A stretch of DNA of 32,000 bases, taken from positions 840,001-872,000 of the forward strand of contig NZ_CP045921.1 in assembly GCF_025273655.1 (NCBI RefSeq). The letters run 5' to 3'. Shown in pieces: positions 8,459 to 15,253 of the stretch. This DNA comes from Candidatus Saccharimonadota bacterium (lineage in GTDB: Bacteria > Patescibacteriota > Saccharimonadia > Saccharimonadales > Saccharimonadaceae). Within the stretch, counting starts at the first letter, position 1. Each line of letters opens with the position of its first letter. The translations under genes were made by a program, and so were the position numbers. A model generated the notes under the pieces. It saw only the letters and a list, made by a program, of their open reading frames with translations, did not search any database and was not told the DNA's origin.

Positions 8459-9370
8459 ATGATACCGAAGGTTTTAATCACCCTACTGACAATACTCTGC
8501 ATGCAACTAGTCTACGGAGAGGGCACTGCGCAAGCAACCTCTGCTTATGATTCGGCACTCCTTACTGTCGACAAGCTGGAGATTCAAACGTATGGCACCT
8601 CTGTCAGTAGTTGTGCCAGGAAGGATATTTCCCAATCCTACGATGAGTACATCTTGAACTCGTCAAAGTGGGAATCGGGGATAGACTCTTCGATGACGGC
8701 TTCATTCAGTAATGCTCTCGACCATGGTCAGATAGGAGTAAGCCAGTTTGTTTACGGATCATCAGGTGTTACAGAGTACTCGGTGATAATCTATTGGACA
8801 GAAGATTTTTCTTTACAGCTAGACTGGAGAGATGCCTATAATGTCTTTGCCGTAAGCTCCACTTCTAGCACTATGCATTTCGCTCAAATCTACTACGACG
8901 CGAGCTGCAATGACAAGCTCATGTTCTACACTACGTCGTATAATAGCGGCGTAAACGTCTCGAATGGAGTAACTGTGTCGTACTCGGCACCATCAAGCGG
9001 CATGGCCATAGGTCAATACGCATTCGATGGCGAAGCCAATTACCCCGTGGGCTATGCCGGAGAAGTAGTATCAACAATACAGGCTCCTCCTGTAGAAGCA
9101 GTCTATAGCGGGACAGTTGATTGCGGAGGAGAGGAGCCAGTCTTGATGTCCATCTATCAGCCGGGCAACAACGGTGCGGCGACTCTGTCGGCACAGTCTC
9201 TCGGTCGTGCAAATTGGGTGTATAGTCTCAGAGATGCTTCTTATACGGTAACTGTTGATTGTGGGGGCGGGAAGATAGCCGGAGTGTTTAGCGCAGTAAG
9301 GCCCGAGGATGGAACTGACTGGGTATGTGACATCTACGGAACCGAACCGTATTACTGCGTGCTTAGCTAA
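8459..9370 (+). CDS. secreted hypothetical protein
   Basis: Signal-peptide-like N-terminus MIPKVLITLLTILCMQLVYGEGTAQA. AGGAAAG lies 4 nt upstream of the ATG. Two TVDCGG motifs sit about 46 aa apart near the C-terminus. No family recognised. Confidence 0.6.
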   Translation: MIPKVLITLLTILCMQLVYGEGTAQATSAYDSALLTVDKLEIQTYGTSVSSCARKDISQSYDEYILNSSKWESGIDSSMTASFSNALDHGQIGVSQFVYGSSGVTEYSVIIYWTEDFSLQLDWRDAYNVFAVSSTSSTMHFAQIYYDASCNDKLMFYTTSYNSGVNVSNGVTVSYSAPSSGMAIGQYAFDGEANYPVGYAGEVVSTIQAPPVEAVYSGTVDCGGEEPVLMSIYQPGNNGAATLSAQSLGRANWVYSLRDASYTVTVDCGGGKIAGVFSAVRPEDGTDWVCDIYGTEPYYCVLS

Positions 9371-9406
9371 CTTTTCGACACCAGTAGAATGAGTCGAAGA
9401 ACAACG

Positions 9407-9438
9407 CCCTCGGGAGCAATCCCGAGGGTCTCTTCTTT
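9407..9438. terminator. bidirectional terminator between convergent genes
   Basis: ccctcggga / gcaa / tcccgaggg followed by tctcttctttc. Lies between the stop at 9370 and the glyA stop at 9438. Confidence 0.6.
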
Positions 9439-10736
9439 CATTTATTTGTAAATCGCCATACCACGGAAGGCAGCGGGTACTTATCGATAAAGAATGCAAC
9501 CTCGCTACGCAATATAGCAAGCTCTTCGCTATTCGCACGAGAGTCTATTGCCCGTTTCATCCATTCCGCGATCTGCGCCATATGCTCTTCCTTTAGCCCG
9601 CGCGTTGTGAGCGCTGGCGTACCAAGGCGTATGCCACTCGGACGAAACGGTGGATTCGGATCATCTGGCACTGCATTTTTGTTCAGCGTCAGTCCTATTG
9701 CGTCTAGCGCCTCTTCGGCCACTTTGCCATCAATACCGAAGCTCTTCTGCACATCTGCGAGGATCAAGTGATTGCTTGTGCCCCCTGTCACGAGCACAAA
9801 TCCGCGCTTCTGCAACTCATCAGCCAACATGCTGGCGTTTTTGAGTATTTGCGCAGCATAGTCTCTGAACTCTGGCTGGAGTGCCTCGCCAAACGCCACG
9901 GCCTTTGCAGCGATCACATGCATATGTGGTCCACCTTGCATACCAGGGAAGATGGCACGGTCGATAAGTGTCGGAATATTTTCTATTGTTTTCTCTGGTT
10001 TTTTGAGTGGATTGCTCACTGTACCTTTGGTCAGTATCAAGCCGCCACGTGGTCCGCGCAGTGTCTTGTGAGTCGTAGTAGTGATCACATGGAAACCGTA
10101 GTCAAACGGATTTGCCGCCACGCCACCAGCAATTAGCCCGGCAATATGTGCCATATCCGCCATTAGTAGGGCCCCCACTTCGTTGCCTATCGCTGCGAAC
10201 TTAGCATAGTCAAGCTCGCGTGGGTAGCCAGAAAAACCAGCCAACACAATCTTCGGCTTATGCTCAAGTGCCAGAGCCCGCAATTCATCATAATCGATCT
10301 CGCCTGTATCGATATCCTTCATCTTGTAGCGCACGAAGTTATACAGCTGTGCACTCCGGGTCACAGGTGCGCCGTGCGTCAGGTGTCCACCGTGACTCAG
10401 ATCCATCGCAAGTACCGTATCGCCTGGCTCAAGCCATGCAGTATAGACGGCTTCGTTTGCCGGTGCCCCGCTATGGGGCTGCACATTGGCGTGATCCGCA
10501 CCAAAAAGCTGTTTGGCGCGGTCAATCGCTAATTGCTCTATTTTATCTGTCCACTCCTGGCCACCATAGTAGCGTCGGCCCGGATACCCTTCGGAATATT
10601 TGTTTGTCAGCTCACTACCCAGTGCTCGCAGTACGTTCTGCGAGATATAGTTCTCACTCGGAATCAGCTCTAAGCCTTCTTGTTGGCGCTTTTTTTCTGC
10701 CTCAATATATTCAAATACGATGTCATCTGTCATCAT
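9438..10736 (-). CDS. glyA: serine hydroxymethyltransferase
   Basis: 432 aa. LELIPSENY, YSEGYPGRRYYGG and the TTTTHKTLRGPRGG PLP-lysine motif are present. AAGGA lies 8 nt upstream of the ATG. Confidence 0.95.
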   Translation of the reverse strand: MMTDDIVFEYIEAEKKRQQEGLELIPSENYISQNVLRALGSELTNKYSEGYPGRRYYGGQEWTDKIEQLAIDRAKQLFGADHANVQPHSGAPANEAVYTAWLEPGDTVLAMDLSHGGHLTHGAPVTRSAQLYNFVRYKMKDIDTGEIDYDELRALALEHKPKIVLAGFSGYPRELDYAKFAAIGNEVGALLMADMAHIAGLIAGGVAANPFDYGFHVITTTTHKTLRGPRGGLILTKGTVSNPLKKPEKTIENIPTLIDRAIFPGMQGGPHMHVIAAKAVAFGEALQPEFRDYAAQILKNASMLADELQKRGFVLVTGGTSNHLILADVQKSFGIDGKVAEEALDAIGLTLNKNAVPDDPNPPFRPSGIRLGTPALTTRGLKEEHMAQIAEWMKRAIDSRANSEELAILRSEVAFFIDKYPLPSVVWRFTNK

Positions 10737-10781
10737 CGTGAATCCTTATCTGTTAACTATATTTAGTATACACTATTGCGT

Positions 10782-10801
10782 TTATATCATTTATGATATA
10801 A
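10782..10801. promoter_or_regulatory. candidate operator: 9-bp perfect inverted repeat TTATATCAT-TT-ATGATATAA overlapping the -10 of the HTH-murA gene
   Basis: Read directly from the sequence. The right arm overlaps the extended -10 TGATATAAT (10794..10802), which lies 7 nt before ATG 10810. Confidence 0.4.
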
Positions 10802-10809
10802 TTATCTTT

Positions 10810-12339
10810 ATGAGTGTCGAAGAATACCGTGCAAAAATAGGTAACCTAATCCAAGAAACCCGTCTCGCGCGTGGTTTTACGCAGGCACAACTCGCCGAAG
10901 CGCTTGGCACTAGCCAGAGCGCCATCAACCGCATAGAGAAAGGCGGCCAAAACATCAGCGTCGAAATGATTGCGCGTATCAGCGACGTACTGTCGAGCAA
11001 CATCATGACAATCAACCATAGTGGCAAAATTAATTTTCGCGTTCACGGTGGACACAAGCTCAGCGGCTCCATCGTTACCAAAACTAGCAAGAATGCGGCC
11101 GTTGCCCTCCTCTGCGCCAGTCTGCTCAACCAAGGCAAGACTACACTGCGACGTGTTGCTCGCATCGAAGAAGTCAATCGCATCATAGAGGTTCTTCAGA
11201 GTATTGGTGTCAAGACACGCTGGGTAGGCGAAGACAACGATCTGGAAATCGTCCCGCCGAAGACTCTTAATCTCGCACATATCGACATAGAAGCCGCCAA
11301 ACGCACACGTTCTATCATCATGTTCCTTGGCCCGCTTCTTCACCAATACAGTGAGTTTGAGCTGCCATTTGCCGGTGGCTGCAATCTCGGCACCCGTACC
11401 GTCGAACCGCATATGACAGGTCTCGAACCTTTTGGCCTCTCTGTCACAGCGACAAACAGTGCCTACGTTGCTACATCGTCACCACATGCAGTTAATCGTA
11501 CTATTCTGCTCACCGAGCGTGGTGATACTGTTACCGAAAACGTCCTGATGGCAGCTGCACGATACGACGGTACTGTCACGATACGCAACGCCAGCCCTAA
11601 CTATATGGTGCAAGACCTTTGCTATTTCCTGCAAAAGCTTGGCGTACAGATAGAAGGCATCGGCACCACTACCCTGCGCGTTACCGGTGTAAGCAAAATC
11701 GATACAGACGTAGAGTACTTCCCCAGTGAAGATCCGATCGAAGCCATGAGCTTCATCGCAGCTGCTGCTGTGACTGATTCTGAGTTGACAGTAGAACGCG
11801 CACCGATCGAATTCCTAGAGATTGAGCTCGCCGTGCTCGCCGGCATGGGTCTGCAATATGAACTCAGCGAAGAATATACTGCCCGCAACGGCTTCACTCG
11901 TCTTGTTGACATCCGACTCAAGCATTCACAGCTTGTCGCGCCCAAAGACAAATTGCATAGCATGCCGTTTCCTGGCGTCAACATGGACAACCTACCGTTT
12001 CTCGGTCTCATCGCTACCATGGCAAAAGGTCGTACACTTGTGCACGACTGGAGCTATGAAAATAGGGCGATCTACTTTACCGAACTAAGCAAACTCAACG
12101 CGCAGATCGAACTTGTAGATCCGCACCGGGTCTACATCACCGGTCCCACTAAGTGGAAACATGCAGATGTTGTCGCACCGCCAGCTCTGCGCCCCTCGGT
12201 CGTAATTTTGCTTGCTATGCTCGCAGCCCCTGGTGTCTCAACACTTCGCGATGTCTACTCGATCAACCGTGGCTACGAAGAACTCGCTGGACGTCTCAAT
12301 AGCCTGGGTGCGCAGATCGATACTGTGCGAGAGATTTAG
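10810..12339 (+). CDS. murA: XRE-family helix-turn-helix domain fused to UDP-N-acetylglucosamine 1-carboxyvinyltransferase (MurA-like)
   Basis: The N-terminal ~65 aa (RLARGFTQAQLAEALGTSQSAINRIEKGGQNISVEMIARI) form an HTH_XRE domain. The remainder (FRVHGGHKLSGSIVTKTSKNAAVALLCASLL...FAGGCNLGTRTVEPH...) is colinear with MurA and includes the active-site Cys loop. The track start at 10720 was rejected because its hydrophobic, AT-rich extension runs across the promoter. Confidence 0.85.
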   Translation: MSVEEYRAKIGNLIQETRLARGFTQAQLAEALGTSQSAINRIEKGGQNISVEMIARISDVLSSNIMTINHSGKINFRVHGGHKLSGSIVTKTSKNAAVALLCASLLNQGKTTLRRVARIEEVNRIIEVLQSIGVKTRWVGEDNDLEIVPPKTLNLAHIDIEAAKRTRSIIMFLGPLLHQYSEFELPFAGGCNLGTRTVEPHMTGLEPFGLSVTATNSAYVATSSPHAVNRTILLTERGDTVTENVLMAAARYDGTVTIRNASPNYMVQDLCYFLQKLGVQIEGIGTTTLRVTGVSKIDTDVEYFPSEDPIEAMSFIAAAAVTDSELTVERAPIEFLEIELAVLAGMGLQYELSEEYTARNGFTRLVDIRLKHSQLVAPKDKLHSMPFPGVNMDNLPFLGLIATMAKGRTLVHDWSYENRAIYFTELSKLNAQIELVDPHRVYITGPTKWKHADVVAPPALRPSVVILLAMLAAPGVSTLRDVYSINRGYEELAGRLNSLGAQIDTVREI

Positions 12340-12365
12340 GCTTCACTAGGTAGCAAGCAAACTAC

Positions 12366-12467
12366 TTAGCGATTGACCTTGTTCACTCGTCTCGGAGTAC
12401 TACTGAGCTTCGGTATATCGCCCTCTTCCGCCAATTGACTCCATAGTAATCCACGATGTTTTGTCAT
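12366..12467 (-). CDS. possible 33-aa small protein (MTKHRGLLWSQLAEEGDIPKLSSTPRRVNKVNR)
   Basis: Below the 60-aa track cutoff and found by hand. TATAAT (12474..12479, minus strand) lies exactly 6 nt upstream of the ATG, the same geometry as other genes here. No homology recognised. Confidence 0.25.
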   Translation of the reverse strand: MTKHRGLLWSQLAEEGDIPKLSSTPRRVNKVNR

Positions 12468-12535
12468 AGGGGTATTATAGTAGGTTCGCCGCTACATGGG
12501 GAGACACCGCCTCTGTTACACTTCGCAGCACATAT

Positions 12536-12574
12536 CAAAGTAAAAACCAGTCGCTGGGACTGGTTTTTACTTTG
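12536..12574. terminator. bidirectional terminator immediately 3' of tRNA-Gly
   Basis: caaagtaaaaaccagtc / gctgg / gactggtttttactttg, a 17-bp perfect stem. The right arm includes the last 2 nt of the tRNA CCA. Confidence 0.7.
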
Positions 12575-12647
12575 GTGCGGGTGGGGAGAATCGAACTCCC
12601 GTCTCGAGCTTGGAAGGCTTACATACTAGCCACTGTACTACACCCGC
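12573..12647 (-). tRNA. tRNA-Gly (anticodon TCC)
   Basis: Reverse complement GCGGGTG TA GTAC AGTGGCTA GTAT G TAAGC CTTCCAA GCTCG AGAC GGGAG TTCGATT CTCCC CACCCGC ACCA, 75 nt, CCA encoded. Confidence 0.9.
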
Positions 12648-12673
12648 GCTGGTAGTTGATTATACCGCAAAAA

Positions 12674-12682
12674 TGCTACAAT
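12674..12682 (+). promoter_or_regulatory. extended -10 TGCTACAAT (with TTGATT at 12656..12661) for the cupin operon
   Basis: Exact recurrent 9-mer. The -35-like TTGATT lies 15 nt upstream. GGAAGGAG precedes the GTG start at 12721. Confidence 0.5.
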
Positions 12683-12720
12683 ATAAAGAGTAAGAATAGC
12701 ATTAGGAAGGAGCAGCTATA

Positions 12721-13137
12721 GTGACAGACCACGGCGATAACCCATATGTCGTAGATATTCAGGAAGCAACTGTGGAGAATGACACGTTCCGTACCGCAGT
12801 TTGGACAGGGGCAAATCTCCAGCTTACCGTTATGTCGATCCAACCGGGTGACGACATTGGACTCGAAGTCCATGAAGATCATGATCAATTTCTCCGTGTC
12901 GAAGAAGGTGTTGGATTTGTTCAGATGGGTCCAAATGAAAATGAACTGGATTTTGAAGCAAATATAGAAGACGACTTCGCTATTTTCGTACCAGCGGGCA
13001 GCTGGCATAATGTCACAAATACTGGAGATATTCCACTCAAACTCTATTCCATCTATGCGCCAGGAGAGCATCCTCGCGGCACAGTCCATGAAACAAAAGC
13101 AGAGGCAGAGGCTGCGGAGCAAGAGCATAGCCACTAG
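12721..13137 (+). CDS. cupin domain protein
   Basis: GTG start with the strong GGAAGGAG sequence 8 nt upstream. G-x5-H-x-H...E and P-x-G-x2-H-x3-N type cupin motifs are present (GDDIGLEVHEDHDQFLRVEEG ... VPAGSWHNVTN). Confidence 0.8.
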   Translation: MTDHGDNPYVVDIQEATVENDTFRTAVWTGANLQLTVMSIQPGDDIGLEVHEDHDQFLRVEEGVGFVQMGPNENELDFEANIEDDFAIFVPAGSWHNVTNTGDIPLKLYSIYAPGEHPRGTVHETKAEAEAAEQEHSH

Positions 13138-13145
13138 GAGCAACC

Positions 13146-13694
13146 ATGGCGGACAATATTACCCAGCGGCGCATGAGCGCAGAAGAAGAAGCAAATCTTC
13201 ACAAACAGATACAGGACTTTAGCCACACTATACAGCCTTCGTCTGCATCAGAATTGGTTACTCAAGCTGCCAATCCTCTCGCTCAGATAGATAGTGGTCA
13301 GTCGCTTCACGAACAGCTTCTACGTCGTGCCGAGCAGCGCGAACATCTCGATGCCACGCTTGGTGATGACTCACGCTTCTACGACTACAAGACATCACTA
13401 GTCGGAAGTGCAGCCCAAGATCAGGAAGTTCGACGGCAAATGGCACTCGTACAGCAAAAAGACCGTCAAGCTCGAGAAAAGCGTTTCGCCCACAGAGGTC
13501 TATCTCGGCGAAACGCGCGTCATGTCGATACCAATCGCAGACAAAATTTCAATACAGCGACCACCCCCGGCACCAAAGAATCTAGTGACAACAAGTCGAC
13601 TAGGCAAGGTTTCAATGGACAACCCCCAGAGCAAGCACGAACGAATGTCAGTTTTCGTGAGCCGCAAACTCGCAGCTACGACCCATTCAAATAG
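13146..13694 (+). CDS. hypothetical protein, Q/R/E-rich and predicted disordered
   Basis: AGGAG lies 6 nt upstream of the ATG, 8 nt after the cupin stop, so the two are probably co-transcribed. No family recognised. Confidence 0.55.
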   Translation: MADNITQRRMSAEEEANLHKQIQDFSHTIQPSSASELVTQAANPLAQIDSGQSLHEQLLRRAEQREHLDATLGDDSRFYDYKTSLVGSAAQDQEVRRQMALVQQKDRQAREKRFAHRGLSRRNARHVDTNRRQNFNTATTPGTKESSDNKSTRQGFNGQPPEQARTNVSFREPQTRSYDPFK

Positions 13695-13724
13695 CTCGCA
13701 CCTCTAGAAATACTCTCCCGTATC

Positions 13725-13733
13725 TGCTACACT
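13725..13733 (+). promoter_or_regulatory. extended -10 variant TGCTACACT upstream of tRNA-His
   Basis: One mismatch from the recurrent TGCTACAAT, 27 nt before the tRNA 5' end. Confidence 0.4.
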
Positions 13734-13760
13734 AGCATCTGGATATCCACATATAGCTAT

Positions 13761-13838
13761 GGCGAATGTAGCTCATTTGGTTAGAGCGTCGGGTTGTGGT
13801 TCCGAAGGTAGAGGGTTCGATCCCCTTCATTCGCCCCA
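13761..13838 (+). tRNA. tRNA-His (anticodon GTG) with genome-encoded G-1
   Basis: G(-1) GCGAATG TA GCTC ATTTGGTTA GAGC G TCGGG TTGTGGT TCCGA AGGTA GAGGG TTCGATC CCCTT CATTCGC C CCA. G-1 pairs with C73, as is usual for bacterial tRNA-His. Confidence 0.9.
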
Positions 13839-13876
13839 TAGAAAAACGTTGACTTATGCGGTCAACGTTTTTCTAT
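13838..13876. terminator. terminator hairpin immediately 3' of tRNA-His
   Basis: atagaaaaacgttgac / ttatgcg / gtcaacgtttttctat, a 16-bp perfect stem starting at the terminal A of the CCA. Confidence 0.7.
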
Positions 13877-13890
13877 AGCCATAACGCCTA

Positions 13891-13899
13891 TGCTATACT
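13891..13899 (+). promoter_or_regulatory. extended -10 variant TGCTATACT, 7 nt upstream of ATG 13907
   Basis: Read directly. No SD sequence fits in the 7-nt gap, suggesting a leaderless transcript. Confidence 0.45.
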
Positions 13900-13906
13900 G
13901 GCACAT

Positions 13907-14329
13907 ATGGATACATCGTCTTTTTCGCACTACATAGTGAAGATCGAATACCTCTTTGCAGCAGTGCTTGTCGCCCTCTTCTATGTGACAGTTGGCCACT
14001 TCGATTGGTGGTGGCTTATCGTGCTATTTCCGATTTTCGACGCAAGCATGATCGGCTACATAGTTAATCCACATGTAGGCGCAATCACTTACAATATCGT
14101 ACACAGCCTCGTAGGACCCGCACTCCTCGCGCTTATCTACATCTTTACCGTAGGCAGCACCGCAGCAGACACGTCTCGCCCGTACGTAGCGGATGGCCTG
14201 TTACTATTCATCACGCTCATATGGCTGTTCCACATCTTCGTAGACCGTGCGCTCGGCTTCGGGCTCAAGCATGACGAAGGTTTTCATCATACTCATCTAG
14301 GCAAGATTGGCAAAGCAGCCAAAAAATAG
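13907..14329 (+). CDS. DUF4260-family membrane protein
   Basis: FDASMIGYIVNPHVGAITYNIVHSLVGPALL and HIFVDRALGFGLKHDEGFHHTHLG match the DUF4260 pattern as I remember it. The track start at 13856 lies inside the tRNA-His terminator and upstream of the -10, so it was rejected. Confidence 0.7.
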   Translation: MDTSSFSHYIVKIEYLFAAVLVALFYVTVGHFDWWWLIVLFPIFDASMIGYIVNPHVGAITYNIVHSLVGPALLALIYIFTVGSTAADTSRPYVADGLLLFITLIWLFHIFVDRALGFGLKHDEGFHHTHLGKIGKAAKK

Positions 14330-14330
14330 G

Positions 14331-14336
14331 TATAAT
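14331..14336 (+). promoter_or_regulatory. -10 hexamer TATAAT, 9 nt upstream of the tRNA-Arg 5' fragment
   Basis: ggTATAATtctacctac precedes GCCCCGG... at 14346. This probably drives the tRNA-Arg(TCT) precursor. Confidence 0.4.
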
Positions 14337-14345
14337 TCTACCTAC

Positions 14346-14363
14346 GCCCCGGTAGCTCAGTTG
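14346..14363 (+). other. 18-nt direct copy of the 5' end of tRNA-Arg(TCT) (tRNA fragment or relic)
   Basis: GCCCCGGTAGCTCAGTTG is identical to 14438..14455. The sequence then diverges and no cloverleaf can be completed. Confidence 0.8.
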
Positions 14364-14394
14364 CTAGCCTTGAGCGATAGAAAACACCAGCAGG

Positions 14395-14409
14395 TGCTCT
14401 ATCCAACTG
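14395..14409 (-). repeat. 15-nt inverted copy of the tRNA-Arg(TCT) D-arm
   Basis: The reverse complement CAGTTGGATAGAGCA is identical to 14450..14464. Confidence 0.8.
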
Positions 14410-14437
14410 TCTATGAAGCTAGCGGCGCGGAGTATCT

Positions 14438-14514
14438 GCCCCGGTAGCTCAGTTGGATAGAGCAGGAGACTTCTAAGCTTCAGGCCGTTGGTTCGAACCC
14501 AACCCGGGGTACCA
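14438..14514 (+). tRNA. tRNA-Arg (anticodon TCT)
   Basis: GCCCCGG TA GCTC AGTTGGATA GAGC A GGAGA CTTCTAA GCTTC AGGCC GTTGG TTCGAAC CCAAC CCGGGGT ACCA, 77 nt. There is one A:G mismatch at the bottom of the anticodon stem. CCA encoded. Confidence 0.88.
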
Positions 14515-14588
14515 AATCTAGATAACAGATCAATTTTTGCTTGATCATCGAGAAAGTTTTGTATCCTATAATGATACAATTTTAATAT

Positions 14589-15128
14589 ATGCAGAAAATA
14601 GATTTACAGTTTTTTAATCAGTTACTAGATGAATCTGACATAAAGCAGCGCATAAAACGCGAGCTACGTTTTAACACTAGCATTTCACATCTTAAGGATA
14701 GCGACTGGCTTGAGCTAGAAATGATACACATTTCTAATCGCAGTGGAAATGTGGGCGTTTTACTATTAGGATTAGCTACTTCTATTTACCTGATTCCATA
14801 CGAATTTAAGAAAATAGGGCCAAGCGCTTCAACGGGTCGGCAGCAACCAATCATTTGTGATTTTTGTAGAACGTGGCAGTCAGGCACGCGCGCAGGAACT
14901 ATTACATTCACCAATGTAAAATCAGGTAAATCTAATGTCACCTATTTATGTTGTGGTGATCTGCGTTGTAGCGACCATGTACGCTCCAAGACCAGTGCCT
15001 CTAAAACATCCAGAACACAGCTGCGAGAAGATATGGATAACGAGAACCGTATCGATAGATTCAATGAACGCCTAGATAGACTAGTGAATGATTTGGAGAT
15101 TACGCCACTAACACTTCCTGAAGAATAG
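14589..15128 (+). CDS. FBP domain protein (FusB/FusC-type C-terminal treble-clef zinc finger)
   Basis: ICDFCRTWQSGTRAGTITFT...NVTYLCCGDLRCSDHVR matches the CxxC...C-x-DL-x-C-x3-VR pattern of FBP_C proteins from memory. TGATACAAT ends 8 nt before the ATG. The gene is visibly more AT-rich than its neighbours. Confidence 0.65.
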   Translation: MQKIDLQFFNQLLDESDIKQRIKRELRFNTSISHLKDSDWLELEMIHISNRSGNVGVLLLGLATSIYLIPYEFKKIGPSASTGRQQPIICDFCRTWQSGTRAGTITFTNVKSGKSNVTYLCCGDLRCSDHVRSKTSASKTSRTQLREDMDNENRIDRFNERLDRLVNDLEITPLTLPEE

Positions 15129-15203
15129 TAATCGTAAGGTATTCTAAACTTCAGCCAAGCTGCTTACTGACGCGAAATTCGCCCAAGAAAAACGACGACC
15201 TGC

Positions 15204-15231
15204 ACGGATGCGATCATCTGATCGCATCCGT
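15204..15231. terminator. terminator hairpin between convergent FBP and carboxypeptidase genes
   Basis: acggatgcgatc / atct / gatcgcatccgt, a 12-bp perfect stem followed by ttt. Confidence 0.6.
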
Positions 15232-15253
15232 TTAGCGAGCATGCCTGTAGTCG

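Noticed and set aside
9071-12020. Long antisense or alternative-frame ORFs: 9071..9538-, 10220..10741+, 10846..11412-, 11622..12020-. The same applies elsewhere to 17894..18436+, 17916..18356-, 23616..24304+, 24471..24881+, 27346..27897- and 28788..29369+.
   Set aside because: Each is fully embedded in a confidently identified gene (glyA, murA-like, the membrane protein, Clp-like, gatD, OpgC-like). Their translations lack motifs and are compositionally skewed (R/S/C/H-rich), which is typical of shadow ORFs.
14364-14579. A 71-aa minus-strand ORF.
   Set aside because: It runs antisense straight through tRNA-Arg(TCT) and the tRNA-derived fragments, so it is an artefact of open frame across RNA genes. 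The ORFs 5466..5789+ and 5561..5818- were rejected for the same reason, as they cross the terminator and tRNA-Arg(TCG).
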